This document shows, piece after piece, positions 1 to 14,596 of a stretch of DNA of 64,000 nt. The notes below the pieces were generated by a model that was not told where the DNA came from, searched no databases, and was given only the letters and a program-made list of their open reading frames with translations. Made by a program: the position numbers and the translations under genes. This DNA is from the human T2T-CHM13v2.0 reference genome, Homo sapiens. Location: assembly GCF_009914755.1 (NCBI RefSeq), contig NC_060935.1; one strand, written 5' to 3'. Numbering within the stretch: the stretch's first letter is position 1; each line of letters opens with the position of its first letter.

Positions 1-1006
<1,006 letters not shown>

Positions 1007-1069
1007 TATGATGTTAGCTGGTTCTTTTGCTCGTTAGTTGATGCAGTTTCCTCTTAGCCTCAACGGTCT

Positions 1070-2083
1070 TTACAATTTGGCATGATTTTGCAGTGGCTGG
1101 TACCGGTTGTTCATTTCCATGTTTAGTGCTTCCTTCAGGAGCTCTTGTAGGGCAGGCCTGGTGGTGACAAAATCTCTCAGCATTTGCTTGTCTGTAAAGT
1201 ATTTTATTTCTCCTTCACTTATGAAGCTTAGTTTGGCTGGATATGAAATTCTGGGTTGAAAATTCTTTTCTTTAATAATGTTGAATATTGGGCCCGTCTC
1301 TCTTCTGGCTTGTAGAGTTTCTGCCGAGAGATCCGCTGTTAGTCTGATGGGCTTCCCTTTGTGGGTAACCTGACCTTTCTCTCTGGCTGCCCTTAACATT
1401 TTTTTCTTCATTACAACTTTGGTGAATCTGACAATTATGTGTCTTGGAGTTGCTCTTCTCAAGGAGTATCTTTGTGGCATTCTCTGTATTTCCTGAATCT
1501 GAATGTTGGCCTGCCTTGCTAGATTGGGGAAGTTCTCCTGGATAATATCCTGCAGAGTGTTTTTCAACTTGGTTCCATTCTCCCCGTCACTTTCAGGTAC
1601 ACCAATCAGATGTAGATTTGGTCTTTTCACATAGTCCCATATTTCTTGGAGGCTTTGTGCATTTCTTTTTATTCTTTTTTCTCTAAATTCTGCTTGCTTC
1701 ATTTCATTCATTTGATCTTCCATCACTGATACCCTTTCTTCTAGTTGATCGAATTGGCTACTGAGGCTTGTGCATTCGTCACGTAGTTCTCATGCTGTGG
1801 TTTTCAGCTCCGTCAGGTCCTTTATGGACTTCTCTGCATTGGTTATTCTAGCTAGCCATTCGTCTAATCTTTCTTCAAGGTTTTTAACTTCTTTGCCATG
1901 GGTTCAAACTTCCTTCTTTAGCTCGGAGTAGTTTGATCTTCTGAAGCCTTCTTCTGTCAACTCATCGAAGTCAGTCTCTGTCCAGCTTTGTTCCGTTGCT
2001 GGTGAGGAGCTGCGTTCCTTTGGAGGAGGAGAGGTGATCTGATTCTTAGAATTTTCAGTTTTTCTGCTCTGTTTTTTCCCCAT
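1070..2083 (-). pseudogene. L1 ORF1p (coiled coil-RRM-CTD), inactivated
   Basis: 337-codon frame with in-frame TGA stops at codon 60 (1904-1906) and codon 98 (1790-1792), both consistent with CGA>TGA CpG decay. The C-terminal 218 aa is open in the ORF track (RPNL-LIGVPE, YPAKLSF motifs). Confidence 0.92.
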
Positions 2084-2658
2084 CTTTGTGGTTTTATCTA
2101 CCTTTGGTCTTTGATGATGGTGACGTACAGATGGGGTTTTGGTGTGGATGTCCTTTCTGTTTGTTAGTTTTCCTTCTAACAGTCAGTACCCTCAGCTGCA
2201 GGTCTGTTGGAGTTTGCCGGAGGTCCACTCCAGACCCTGTTTGCCTGGGTATCAGCAGCAGAGGCTGCAGAACAGCGGATATTGGTGAACAGCAAATGTT
2301 GCTGCCTGATCGTTCCTCTGGCAGTGTTGTCTCAGAGGAGTACTCGGCCATGTGAGGTGTCAGTCTGCCCTTACTGGGGGGTGACTCCCAGTTAGGCTAC
2401 TCGGGGGTCAGGGACCCACTTGAGGAGGCAGTCTGTCTGTTCTCAGATCTCAAGGTGCATGCTGGGAGAACCACTACTCTCTTCAAAGCTGTCAGACAGG
2501 AACATTTAAGTCTGCAGAGGTTTCTGGTGCCTTTTGTTTGGCTATGCCCTGCCCCCAGAGGTGGAGTCTACAGAGGCAGGCAGGCCTCCTTGAGCTGTGG
2601 TGGGCTCCACCCAGTTTGAGCTTCCCAGCTGCTTTGTTTACCTACTCAAGCCTTGGCA

Positions 2659-2733
2659 ATGGCAGGAGCCCCTCCCCCAGCCTTGCTGCCACCTTGCAGT
2701 TTGATCTCAGACTGCTGTGCTAGCAAAGAGTGA
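2659..2733 (+). pseudogene. L1 antisense ORF0 remnant, truncated at 24 aa (MAGAPPPALLPPCSLISDCCASKE*)
   Basis: Matches the N-terminus of primate L1 ORF0 (MAGAPPPASLPPCSLISDCCAS...). TGA at 2731-2733 and a second in-frame TGA further on. Confidence 0.75.
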
Positions 2734-3097
2734 GGCTCCACGGGCGTAGAACCCTCCGAGCCAGGCCCGGGATATAATCTCCTGGTGTGACGTTTGCTAA
2801 GACCATTGGAAAAGCGCAGTATTAGGGTGGGAGTGACCTGATTTTCCAGGTGCCATCTGTCACCCCTTTTCTTGGCTGGGAAAGGGAATTCCCTGACCTC
2901 TTGTGCTTCCCGGGTGAGGCAATGCCTCACCCTGCTTCAGCGATGCCTCACCCTGCTTCGGCTCATGCTCGGTGCACTGCACCCACTATCCGACAATCCC
3001 CAGTGAGATGAACCCAGTACCTCAGTTGGAAATGCAGAAGTGATTTGTCTTCTGTGTTGCTCATGCTGGGAGCTGTAGACTGGAGCTGTTCCTATTC

Positions 3098-3106
3098 GGC
3101 CATCTT
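3098..3106 (-). promoter_or_regulatory. YY1 site of the L1 internal sense promoter
   Basis: AAGATGGCC intact at the L1 5' end; the G-rich leader normally upstream of it is missing. Confidence 0.8.
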
Positions 3107-4984
3107 CTAACCAGCAACTTTAAGTGTCTGAATTATATATCCCAAAGAAGCAGAGCTGCACAGTTGACAGAAAAGTCACAAAATCTACCCATCAGAGTCT
3201 TAGCATATATATATGTATATATTTGTACTTACTATGATGTGAGATGAAATTAAAAATGGTAAAAATGAGAATTAACGATAAATAAATAAAAAAAAGAAGT
3301 TTGTTCCTGGGGTTTCTCAGCTCGTAGATTTAAAATAGCAAATTCAGTGTGGGAGGGGGCTGGACTGAGGGGCTGCTCCATACAGCTATCTGCTGACAGT
3401 GCCAAGAGAGTACAGCTGAGCACTGTGCAACTAGGCAAGAAAACCCATCAAGTGTGGGGGTCAGGAACTTAAAACACAGTGCAGAGAGAGCAGCCACAGA
3501 GGGTGTCTGTAGTATAACTGAGGTCCATAATTATTCATTTAATGACTCCAAGGTGTCAGTCTCAGTACTAGGGGCTGGGTAAATGGTATGGAGTAAGACC
3601 CAGATGGGGCCTTTGCAGTGGTTCTGCAGCGGGGTGTACTGTAGAGAAACAGTGGTGAGAGAACTGAGTCTTCCCTAGCACTCAGCAGGTGCAACTCCAA
3701 AATTTCCACACAGCAGCCACAACCACGATTACATTGTGGAAGAAGATTTAGTTTTACTAAAGTATCACTAATCACATTAATGCTGTAATTTTGAATTTTA
3801 TTGTTACAATATACCACTATTACATATATGGTGTTTAATTTGTAAATTTATTTGAACATGATAGATGATATAAGAGCTATAAGGTATTTGCCCCTAATTT
3901 TGTGTTTTTTATGTATTTAGGTAACATCATTATAAAAAGATTTAGTCAACACTTGGGGGCATGGGTGCCCAGAAATATTATTTTCTTTAAAAGGGGACCC
4001 TATATTCTTCACCTCATGGGATTCTTGTGAAGATTTAATGAGAAAAATTGTTCTATTTAGCAAAAACACCTGGCTTATATGTAATCTTCAAAAAACATCA
4101 ATTGTATTGTTATCACATTTAAAAAATACTAATCAAAGTCAAATTCTTTATTTGCCAAATGTGAGCTTTGCCTATTACTGCGAAGGGCATAAACACAGAA
4201 GTTCAGGCAGCTCATGGGATGAGCTGGGTGATGGGGAGCTTTTACCTGCAACAAAGCAATCATTCCATCCATTGGCAATCGTAGATTCATATCTGTCTTT
4301 TTCTGACTGTCATTTGGGCTTAGACTCCACTTCACCTAGAGCCATTAGACTTGGGAGGTGTTCACAGAATCCTTCTCTATGAATAAGGAGTGACCAGGTT
4401 TGTCATTCACATTTACCTCATGCCCCAAATTCATTATGGTATTAATTCTTTGGGCAGGTGAGCACAAGTCAATTACAGAGCAAAATGGTGGCTTCTTAGG
4501 GCCTTCCAGGAAAAACCACCACATCAAGAGTGTTCAAACAGGACGTGTTAGTAAAATCTTTACAAATGTTCATGAAGTTGTCAAAACATAAAAGGCGAAT
4601 GGCATATCTGCAAACTTTTTACTTCTTTTCAAGTGAGATAGGCTTTCACTTATATTGACAAGTGCTTGTAATAAATTTGAGACAGTAATTGGAAAAGTTC
4701 TCACTTTGTAGTTGTGTCACTCAGATTTCTCAGAACTCTGTGAATGAATGGAAACTGCATTATGGTTATCACCACTAACAAATAAAAGATGTTTCTCATA
4801 GCTTCCCCATTGTTGCCTATGTATACCAATAGCCCTGGAGTCATGGAAATTATTTTTCTCTTTTTCTCTTACAGGGATTTCAAGTGCACAGAAAGGGAAA
4901 AATCATAATCCTTAGTCATGATATACCTTTCATTGCTCATGCTTTCACATTAGGTGGCAGGTTCATGGTGCTTACTGCGTTGTC

Positions 4985-5081
4985 ATAGATAGAAAGATAG
5001 CTAGCTAGCTAGGTAGGTAAGTAGGTAGGCAGGTAGATAGATAGAAAGACAGACAGACAGGTAGGTAGATAGGTAGGTAGG

Positions 5082-5129
<48 letters not shown>

Positions 5130-5157
5130 AAGAAAGACAGACAGGTAAGTAGGTAGT

Positions 5158-5213
<56 letters not shown>
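4985..5213 (+). repeat. Compound tetranucleotide STR (GATA/GGTA/GACA/GAAA/GCTA)
   Basis: Directly visible; two uninterrupted GATA runs of roughly 11-14 units. Confidence 0.97.
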
Positions 5214-7974
5214 GTGGGCTACACATGGATGTTTTTCTTGAGAGGTATACTTTTGATTTGACTCAATAGCCTTCATGCTATGACTCTTGTGTAGCTCGCA
5301 TCTTAATGAGGTAAGTTTAACCCTCTTACATGTCCCACTTTACATAGGAGTAACTGGTCTGTCTCAGATGACACAGCCAGTGGCATAGCTGGGATGGCAG
5401 TACTAAGTTTGTTGACTGCCTAAGAAGAATAGATCATGTATCGAGACTGCCAACTTCAAAGGAAATCCAAATGTTTGCCAGACCATTTAATGTTTGCCAA
5501 GAGCATGGGCAAAGGCTCAGGCGTCCTTGTTTTCCCCCAGGCCCTAGAACAGTGCTGAACATGAAAGACGTCTTGTAAACCTTCACAAATTAAATGGAAC
5601 TGTATACTAAATAAATATTCATGGACCTCCAAAGAACAGTGTCTGGCTGTGTGACTGCACACAGGTCACTTATTTCCTCTGACCCTGCCTCTTTATTTAT
5701 CAAATGGGTAAGGTACAAAAGTGCTTTGCAAATACAAGGACTTATTTTCCAGTATCCACAAAGAATTTTAGTCCTGGGGGAGAAGTGGATTTATCACAGC
5801 CAGCTTTCTGGTTTTAACCTGGCAATCAATCTAAAATTAGTTTCAATTTTAAAAAGTTTACTTTAGTGACAATTTTTTTTATTCTGACCTGGGTTGGTTT
5901 TCAGTTTAATTTGGTGGTTATTCCAGTATCATGTATAAACTGCCATTGATTTCTGATAACACATAGCAATTACTTAATGCTGCAGACTTGATTTACCAGG
6001 TAAGGCAAATGTGTTGGAGTGAGGTGTTGGTGAGATGCCTGCTAGAGGATAGATTTAAAAGCATACATACAATTTTAATTTCCGGTCTGGACTCTGCCAA
6101 GTTTATTTCCCTTCCACTGTCCTCCTAGTGGGCAGTTACTTTGCACCATTCGCCTTTTACCCCTTCTCTACCAATTCTATTCAGGGTCCCCCACATGTTC
6201 ATGAATGACATTTTTAACAGTCTCCCCTACATGCCATTGCCATCGGTGGGCTCCCTTCAATTCCTAGGATGTAGGCTCTATGATTTCTCCCCTGAGTCAT
6301 CCCACCGTCCTTCCCTAGGTGTCTCCCTACTCCAGTCCCTCCCAAGTCCCCACCATCCATCCTCCCAGCAAGAGTCAACCTCTTTATTTACAAACACAGC
6401 CTGTCACTCCTCCATCCAATAACCTTGAAGGGCTCCCCAGTACCCAAAGAAGAGCCTCTTCAAAAATTTTAAAGGAATACTTAATGCCCTCTGTTACTGG
6501 GCCTCAAGCTATGTTTACAACCTTACCACTGCCCCATTGTGTGTGCCCATTGAATGGAATACTCGCTGGTCACCAGATACCCTCTATTCGTTTACTTTTG
6601 CTCCTGCTGTTTTCTAAGTGTTAAAGTGCACTTACTCCTCACAGAGTTAGCTAAAATGCTACCTTTTCTTCGGACCCTTTCTTAATTGCTCTCACATGGA
6701 GTAGGCTCTCCCGCCCATTTGAATACCTATTAAGACTCTATTCATGTTTTGCTAAACTTTTTTGCCTTATGCTATAGCTGTGTGTATATGTATGTGTGTG
6801 GTGTGTACCAAAAAGAAAGTCTTGGGATGGCAGAGGTGGGGTCTTATTCATCTACGTCTCCACCCAGTGGCCAGAGCGGTATCCAGTGCATACAGGAAAC
6901 TCAAAACCTATTTATTGAAATAAAAGGAAGTAACACTCAGATCAAGAGAACCTTCCTCTAAAGGCAACAATAAATTATTTGGTTCTGCATTCACAACCTA
7001 TAGAAAAAAAAAAGTGATCTGTGCCTTCTAATTTACATGATTTTTCTCCTAATACACCATGTTCTTTCTTCTCACATTATTTAATTCAATACTTATTGGT
7101 TGAGTGCCATGAACTATTTTAGGCCCTAAATAATTCATAGTCCTGGCCTTCAAGGAACTTGCTATCTATTCTCCAGAGTTTATTATTATAGTTGAAAAAT
7201 CACATCTCAGAAAGAGAAGCTATTTGCTCCAGGTCATGTAGTCAGAAAAGTTAAGAATAGGATAGTCTAATTTTAGAGCCCCCCCCCTTTTTTTTTTAAT
7301 CAAAATGCAAGGTAATTAGGTATTTTTATAAATATTAAGAACATATTGGAAGCTGTTGCTGAAACTCTTTTCAGATATTACACGTGCTATTATTTTTTAA
7401 AAAAACCTTTTTACCCACATATAAACACAATGTATAGTTAAGAGGCAAGATATACTCTTTTTACTTGCTAAGAGTCTGGCAATAATTACCATAGTGAGCA
7501 AGTCAGATGACTGGACATTCACTTCTGCATCTTTATCTTTCAGTGTTGATGTTTTAGCTTTGAGATAGTTAAAAACTTTTGCAAAGTGAAACCTGCAAGC
7601 TCAACGGTATGACTGTAGGCCTATTACTACAGAGTCAGATGAAAGGAAGTCCTATAGTGAATCAGAATTTATTCTTTAATAATTCCCAAAGTAGAAATGG
7701 GTTGAGCTAAATTTTCTGAATAATACTTACCTTGAATTAATGATGAAAAGAAGATTTAACAAAAGCTCAGTGTTATCTGATAAAACTATACTTGTTATTT
7801 ATATTACATAACCACATATTATACAACTCCTATTTATATTACTTTAGTCTTACCATCAGTACTTGAATGGATAGAATTAGCTATGCTACTAACATCTGGA
7901 ATTAGTTCATATGTAAAAATCTTCTAAAGAATCAATTATTTTGATTTGCTTGCACAATAACAATATGTAATGCA

Positions 7975-8115
7975 GGGCCCAGCTCTGCCACTTACTAGCT
8001 GTAGGAGCTTGGGTAATTTATCTATCCTTTCTTAACTTCAGTTTTCTCATCTGCAAAACGGGCATATTTATAATATTTACCTCACAGGGTTACTGTTAGG
8101 AGCAAATGAGCAATG
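7975..8115 (+). mobile_element. MIR SINE
   Basis: Core cccagctctgccacttactagctg...cagttttctcatctgcaaaa...tacctcacagggtt. Confidence 0.8.
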
Positions 8116-8717
8116 GTTATAAAAATAATATGTAGAAAATAACAAATCTACAGATGTTCAGAATAACTGGTATCCTAAATGAGATGCAATGGTTCTCCAA
8201 AGCAGTAAGCACTGATCAAGTGTGTTCTTCTAGAAATTCCTGTAGGTAGCTACACAAGATAGCAGAGAACTCAGAAACCATCTGGATTTGCAGCCAATGG
8301 CAGGGGCAGGGGGCGGGGTTTAGAATCAGTCCTGCTGCCAAGCTCCATCTTCCTGCCCATTAGAGTCAGCCAGTGGTAACTTCTCTCCCCAACTAAACAA
8401 GCACAAGGTCAAAAACACCGTATGCAAATGCACACAGGGCAGTTTTGGCAACTCTCCCTTCTTCCTCTGTGCAAAAGGAGATTTGGAATCTAAAGAAAAG
8501 AGTAGTGTTAGGAAGTTGCTCATTCTAGCCTTATAAGGGTGAGAGTTTAAGAGGTATGTGCTTGTGGGTAGGGGTGGGCAAAAGATAGACTAATATTTCT
8601 TAGTACTTTACATATATTGTATCTTTTAATATGATTTCTATTTTCACATATTAGGCTTAGATAAGTTATGATAATTGATAGGAGTTGGTTATTCTGTCTG
8701 ATTCCAAACTTTTCCAC

Positions 8718-8900
8718 TGTGCCTGTGTATCTCAAATTAGTAGCATGCCTAACAAAATCTCTGGGGAGCTTGTTAAAATGCAGCTTTCCTGCCCCCATCT
8801 CCAGAGATTCTGATCCTGCAGGACAGGGGTTGAGCCTGCTCACCTCCATTTTTAATAAGCACCTCAGCTGATTCTGATGTAGATGCTGCAGGATACACTT
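8718..8900. mobile_element. MER5A-like hAT-Charlie non-autonomous DNA transposon
   Basis: ggagcttgttaaaatgcag...ccagagattctgat...catttttaataagcacctcagctgattctgatg signature. Confidence 0.8.
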
Positions 8901-11900
8901 TTTTTTTTTCCTGCTGAAAATTTTCTGGTTTCTTCTCTCCACAGCTACTCTATGGTCCTGGGTCAGGTCTTTTCCATGTCTTACCTGAATTACTGAAATG
9001 GATCCCTGCCCTCTGGGGCTGCCTCCCTCTGGAAATTTATTTCACACCACAGCAAAATGATCTGCTAAATTCTAATCTAACCTCTGCTGAATTCCTCCCA
9101 AGGCTTTCCACTGCCCTCAAGATGGAGGACCTTCATGACCTGGTTTCCAACTTCTCTGCGTTATCTCTGGACACTTGAAGCTTTGTACTTATGCTTTGCA
9201 CTTACGTAATATTAAGCTTCCTTGGCTTCCCTGAGCACACCGGGCTGTTTCCTGATTTCTGGCAACAACACTCTTTTCATCTTTTTACACCTGATTAGAT
9301 TTTACTGATTCTTCAAGGCTCATTTTGAACGATATCTCTTTTAGAAACTGAAATATATTGTAAACATGAGTATGTGTGTGTGTGCACTGTGAACAGATTT
9401 TTCAGTTATAAATTATAATACATTTTGTATATAAGGTTGCAGATTAACTTGACAGTTTCAATGGCAGTGCTTTGTGGACCCAAGTGGCAGAAATGCCTGT
9501 GCACAAAAATACATAAAGAATGTAGTTTATTCTCCACGCCATTCCACAGAATAGCAGTTTCGTCATCAGCAACTTGAGACAAATAGACTATGAGGAATAC
9601 ATAAAATAATATGAACTTTTTCATCCCAAAATGTTCCTTGAGTTCCATCGGCTTTCAGGGTTTACATAGGACACACCTTAACATGTCTCAGACATGGAGA
9701 CTTGACTGGGGTTTCCTCTGAGAACCATTTTCAGAAAAGCCACTAGCACATCTTGATCAGACAGTTATCTGTGTGCTGGCTCAGGTGGTTCTCAGTGGAC
9801 AAGGGAACTCAAGGTTTGGATAGATGTGATTATCACATTCAAAAGAAAACATAACAAGTTATAAAGTGTCTCCACGTTGGGCTATTGAAGCTGCAAAATT
9901 CCCTGGACATATGCCTATCTTTGTTCTTTATACATAAAAATATAAGACCAGTTAAAACCACACTGCATGCAGTATAGGGAAAGAATCCGAGAGGAAAGGT
10001 GAGCCAGGAAGACCAGTGAGGAAGGTGTTAGAAGGCTTGGAATAAGAAAAGTAATAACAAAGACATCAAAGAGTAGCCTCTTCTGAGTTTATTCACCTTG
10101 AGGGCAAAGCCTGCCTTCCTGATGCCCCCTGGAGTGCAGCAGTATGGCTCTCCTTCCACCTCTCCTCCATGGATCTGTAGATCACCTCTGGACATTTGAG
10201 ATCTTTGCCTGGCTCTGGCCATTCCAAGACCGGCTCCATTAAAGAGCTTTCTTTCGAGGGCAGTAATGACATTTCTTTTGTCAAAATGTCACTTTGAAGC
10301 TGTGACAAAATCAATCCCTATAACTCACTCTGGTGAAGCAAATAAAATTCCCATCTTGCTAACGAAATACTGACTGTCACATTGATTTTTTGATAAGTGA
10401 CACAATAGTAGGCTCTGCTACCAGCTCTTTGTGTGTCCTAGAGAAATGAGTCTGTTTCTTCATTTGTAAATTAAGTCAATGGCCATATGGAAAGTTCTAA
10501 GAATCTATGAAATAGAAATGAGATTTCTCAATGCCAGCTGCAGTTTGATTTTGGGAGTTTGCTATCAACCTATCACTGTAGCTTCTGCCCCATCCCCTCT
10601 CTCATAATCAACATCTGCTCTTAAAGGGAGCGTAAGGCTTTGGAAAAGGAAATAGAATATTACTAGGAACAGTCGGGACAAATGTCCAAGGATGATAGTC
10701 CTCTCTGATCTCTTTAGAAATGGTTTCCTATTTTGCTTTCCTATTGCCACTTTTGAGTTCAGGTTTTCAGAATCTTACACCCAGAATACTGTAATAGCTT
10801 TCTCAAACATTTCCTATTGCCAGTCTCTCTCCTCCAACCTTTCCTTCCCACAGCTGCCAGACTGATCTCTCAGAAACCCACTTCTGAACATTCCATTCCC
10901 TTTGCTCTATGTGTTGAGTAGCTAGTATGTTTAAGGTAGACATTGTGCTAGGTGCTGGGGCATACAGATGAGTAGATTCAGATCTTTGCCTAGAAGGACC
11001 TCATAATGCAGCCTGTATAGGCAGTGATATAGGTACCTTCAGGGCATTAGCCCAGAGAAAATCAACCTGGTCTGGTTGGTCACAACCCTTAAAATTCTTT
11101 ATTGCTTACAGGATAAAGTATAAGTTTCCTGGAAAATTTTAGGCATCAAAACTGACTTGAGTCTAACTTTCCAGTTCTGATTCTTTTCATTCTCCTTCAC
11201 AAATTGTTCCCTGTAATGAAAGTGAACCATGTTTTATTTCATACTTATTCTGTATCTTACTCCTAACCCCAGTCCCTATTTTCCTAATCCTTCAACGCCC
11301 CCTAATTCAAGCTGGAATCTCCTTTTCTGCACTGAAAACGTGTTTTCTGCCCTTCTCCTTTGGTATTAATCACTTCCTCCCTGTAGACACTCATTCTGTC
11401 CCCCAGAAGACCTGCTCCGTCAGGAAAGTGACCATGATTTATTTGTCTTTACACCTCCACATTACTTATCAAGCTGCCTTGTATTGGATCTAATAAAGGT
11501 TTATTAAATAAATGAATGAAGTCATTCAGCAAGACTTGTTCCCTCATTTTATTTTAGCAGGCCACAGTGAGAAAGTGTGTATATCTGAGCTCACTTTAGA
11601 ATGTTCTCCTTCAGAAAGATGTGCATCATCTAGGAAAACCAGCTTCTCCTCAGGATTTAAGTTTATGCCCAAGTTAGGTTTTGACAAAGCTAAACCCAGT
11701 TCAATTTACTTCTTTATTTTTCTTAAATTGCACAAGTGTTACATGATGTCAATAAAAAAGAAAGCATGCTATAGTAAGCAGATTGTGAACTTTGGAATCA
11801 GTCAGACATGTATTTTTCTTCACCTCTCTAAGCCTCAGTTTCTTTAAATCTATAAAGAGGAAATAAATGATTTCCTTTGAAGTCTTGTGGTGATTAAGAG

Positions 11901-11910
11901 ATGTATGTAT

Positions 11911-12032
11911 GCCGGGCATTGTGGGATTCCAGCACTTTGGGAGGCCAAGGCAGGAGGATTCCTTGAGCCCAAGAGTTTGAGACCAGCCTGGGCAACAGAG
12001 AGAGACCTTGTCTCTACAATTTTTTTTTTAAA
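11911..12032 (+). mobile_element. FLAM / free left Alu monomer inserted in a MIR
   Basis: gccgggc...cagcactttgggaggccaaggcaggaggattccttgagcccaagagtttgagaccagcctgggcaac. Imperfect TSD aagagatgtatgta / aagagaggtgtatgta; tail is T-rich. Confidence 0.8.
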
Positions 12033-14544
12033 AGAGAGGTGTATGTAAACTGTCTGGGTTTTTATAATGGCTACTCATATTACTTCAAATAACAACTATC
12101 ATCTCTGTTCTGTCCCAGCCCAAGGATAAATAGGATGATTTATTTGTTTATACCATACCTTACTTTAGAAAGGGTTTACAACATAAAAGAGACACACATT
12201 GCACGTTGCTGACATATAGTAAGGATACTGATAGCTCTCTCATACTCTCTCTTACATATATTTCCCTTTCTTAAATTATAGACTTAAAAAAGAAGTTTGG
12301 CATAAATCACTAAATAGTCATTGATTTTTCAGTGCAGAACAGCTTGACTCTGAAGATTATGCAATTTCCTAAACCTCTCAATAAGTAACAGAATGGCTGG
12401 TTAACGGTGAAATTGATTTAAAAAAAGGTAGAAGGACAATAAAAGAAATTAAGGGGTGCTTAAGTTTTCACCAGAGGCTGGTTTGACTAGAGACTCATTA
12501 GAAATTTAATAGACATTCCCAGGGGAGCTTGACTGCATTGCTATCTGGGGCACTGAGATGGGTCTTAGGGAGACCTATCCAAATAGATGGCTGTTTGAAG
12601 TTTAGGGATCTGCATAGGTTGGACTTATCTAGGCTACTGACACAATAGCCCACTTTTCTTTGCATGTGTAGACATAGACTTTGTAAAGGCACACAGAGTG
12701 GATAGAAATCCTGGGTATTTCATTTGTAGCAGATGAGCACTTTCAAATGAAGAACCTCAGATTTCTTCATGTATACTTTCAAAATCCAATAAGCTTCTAA
12801 CCTGATAGCCAGGCCTTCCATACAAGCTTTCTGGCCTTTCTGACCTTCTTTGTCAACCTCATTTGCTACAATTCCCACCATGACCTTTGCACACTGGTGT
12901 CCTTGACTTGCTTAACCCTATTCCAACATGTCTGCAATTTCCACTATCGTGTTCATGCTTTTTCCTATGTATGTGGCAAACTCCTACTGAAAATTTAAGA
13001 TCTCATTCAAATATTGCCTTTGAAGCCTTCTCTTTTACCTAAGGCATATTTGTAATGCTTTACTTCCTCTGGCTTCAACAGAATCATGTATAGTGTGGAG
13101 TAATGGAAAGGGCAGGCTTCTGTTGTCAAAATGATCTCAACCTGATGCTTGCACCTACTAACTGTGTGATCTTAGGCAAGCTAGTTAATCCTCCTGAGGC
13201 TCAGGCTCCTGATTTTTAAAATAAAGACTGTTCATTCCCTAAATTGATGGAAAACATTAGTGATGCTGTATTATCATTGTTTGCCTGCTTATATTTCTCT
13301 TTTTGAGCCTGCCTGGTGTTTTGCAGCACTCGGTGTTATTGCAATCAATGAAGAGTTCTGGAAAAGTAACTCAAGCACTGACAGTCACATTAAAGTCCAA
13401 GTTCATCTATAAAGTGCTCTCTGGTTATTCCTGCAACCTTTAATTTAAATTCTTATAGCTCGTGTACATACTACTAATAAGGCTCTTGTCACAGCCTGCT
13501 TTCACAGATACTAATTTAATCTAAGCTCCTCCAGGGCAGTAACCTTGGCTTTCACTCTGGGCTCCTCAGGACATTTCACAATGCTCTGAAAATGCCAGCT
13601 AATGATAAGGTTATTTAAAACACCCTATTATCCTTCTCATTCCAGACAATTTTCCTCCTCACTTTATGCTGAATTTATCCCAAGGTCCCAGAGAATGAGG
13701 CCCCTGCATCAATGACTTATTCCTGTAGTCCTTGCCTTTAATTCAAAGTGAGTGGCATCTCCTGACCCAGCTTTCCCAACTCTCCACATAGTTGTTCTCT
13801 CCTTTCCTCAGTGCATTTTATCTCTTGCTAATGGTTCTTTGCTTTCTACTTCTGGACAAGTCTTCTTATTGACGTATTTTCTCATAAAGATTTGAAAAAC
13901 TTTGATTTATTACCAATTAATGCATGAGTAAATCTTATGGAGAGTTACTAACGTAAGGCACCTTAAAAAATCATTGAATCCAGTAACTGCAAATAGAGAA
14001 TAATTCCCAATGTTGTGCTAGAGATGACTCAATCATGGCACTCTTTTTTTTTTTCTGAAATCATTTATGGCCTCAGAATCCTTTTTCAAAACAATACTCC
14101 AGATATAAACTATCAATCCATTAGTCTACACAGGAGATGAAACTTGTTTGACATCCCTGATGTAGTTTAAAGGTTTTATTTTGGTAATAAGGCCCAAAGA
14201 ACAACAGTGACTTAGTAGTGAGCTGAAACCAGAACCCAGGTTACTGACCCTCCTGATTTTCCATTCAGGGCTTCCCTTCCCAGATGATTACTCCTTTCTT
14301 TCAATAGCGAAGTCCTATAATTTACAACCTATTCATTGGCAAATACCTAATGGTGTTTAACATGTATAATTAGAAAGCACATCATATATATTTCAGCCTT
14401 ACTGAAAAGACATCTGGCCTCTCACTGATGTTAGGAGCTCTTGGGGAAAAGGGCCCATGTTAGACTTTGTGTCCTTCTAAAGTTCTAGTCCTGTTTCTGG
14501 CACATGGTAGGTATTCAGTAAAAATCCTCTCACATATATCCAAC

Positions 14545-14548
14545 TCTA

Positions 14549-14584
<36 letters not shown>

Positions 14585-14596
14585 TCCATCTATCTC
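14545..14596 (+). repeat. (TCTG)n(TCTA)n microsatellite
   Basis: Directly visible. Confidence 0.9.

Noticed and set aside
2086-2930. Several ORFs on both strands in GC-richer sequence
   Set aside because: Incidental frames in the L1 5' UTR; the real antisense ORF0 is truncated.
3700-4000. Possible ancient DNA-transposon fragments here and at ~46790-47400 and ~49900-50200
   Set aside because: They look repeat-like, but I could not assign a family or termini without a Dfam search.
5005-5226. ORF with YLSI repeats; also the CV/TH-repeat ORFs at 37895-38168 and 43282-43539
   Set aside because: These are translations of GATA and GT microsatellites.
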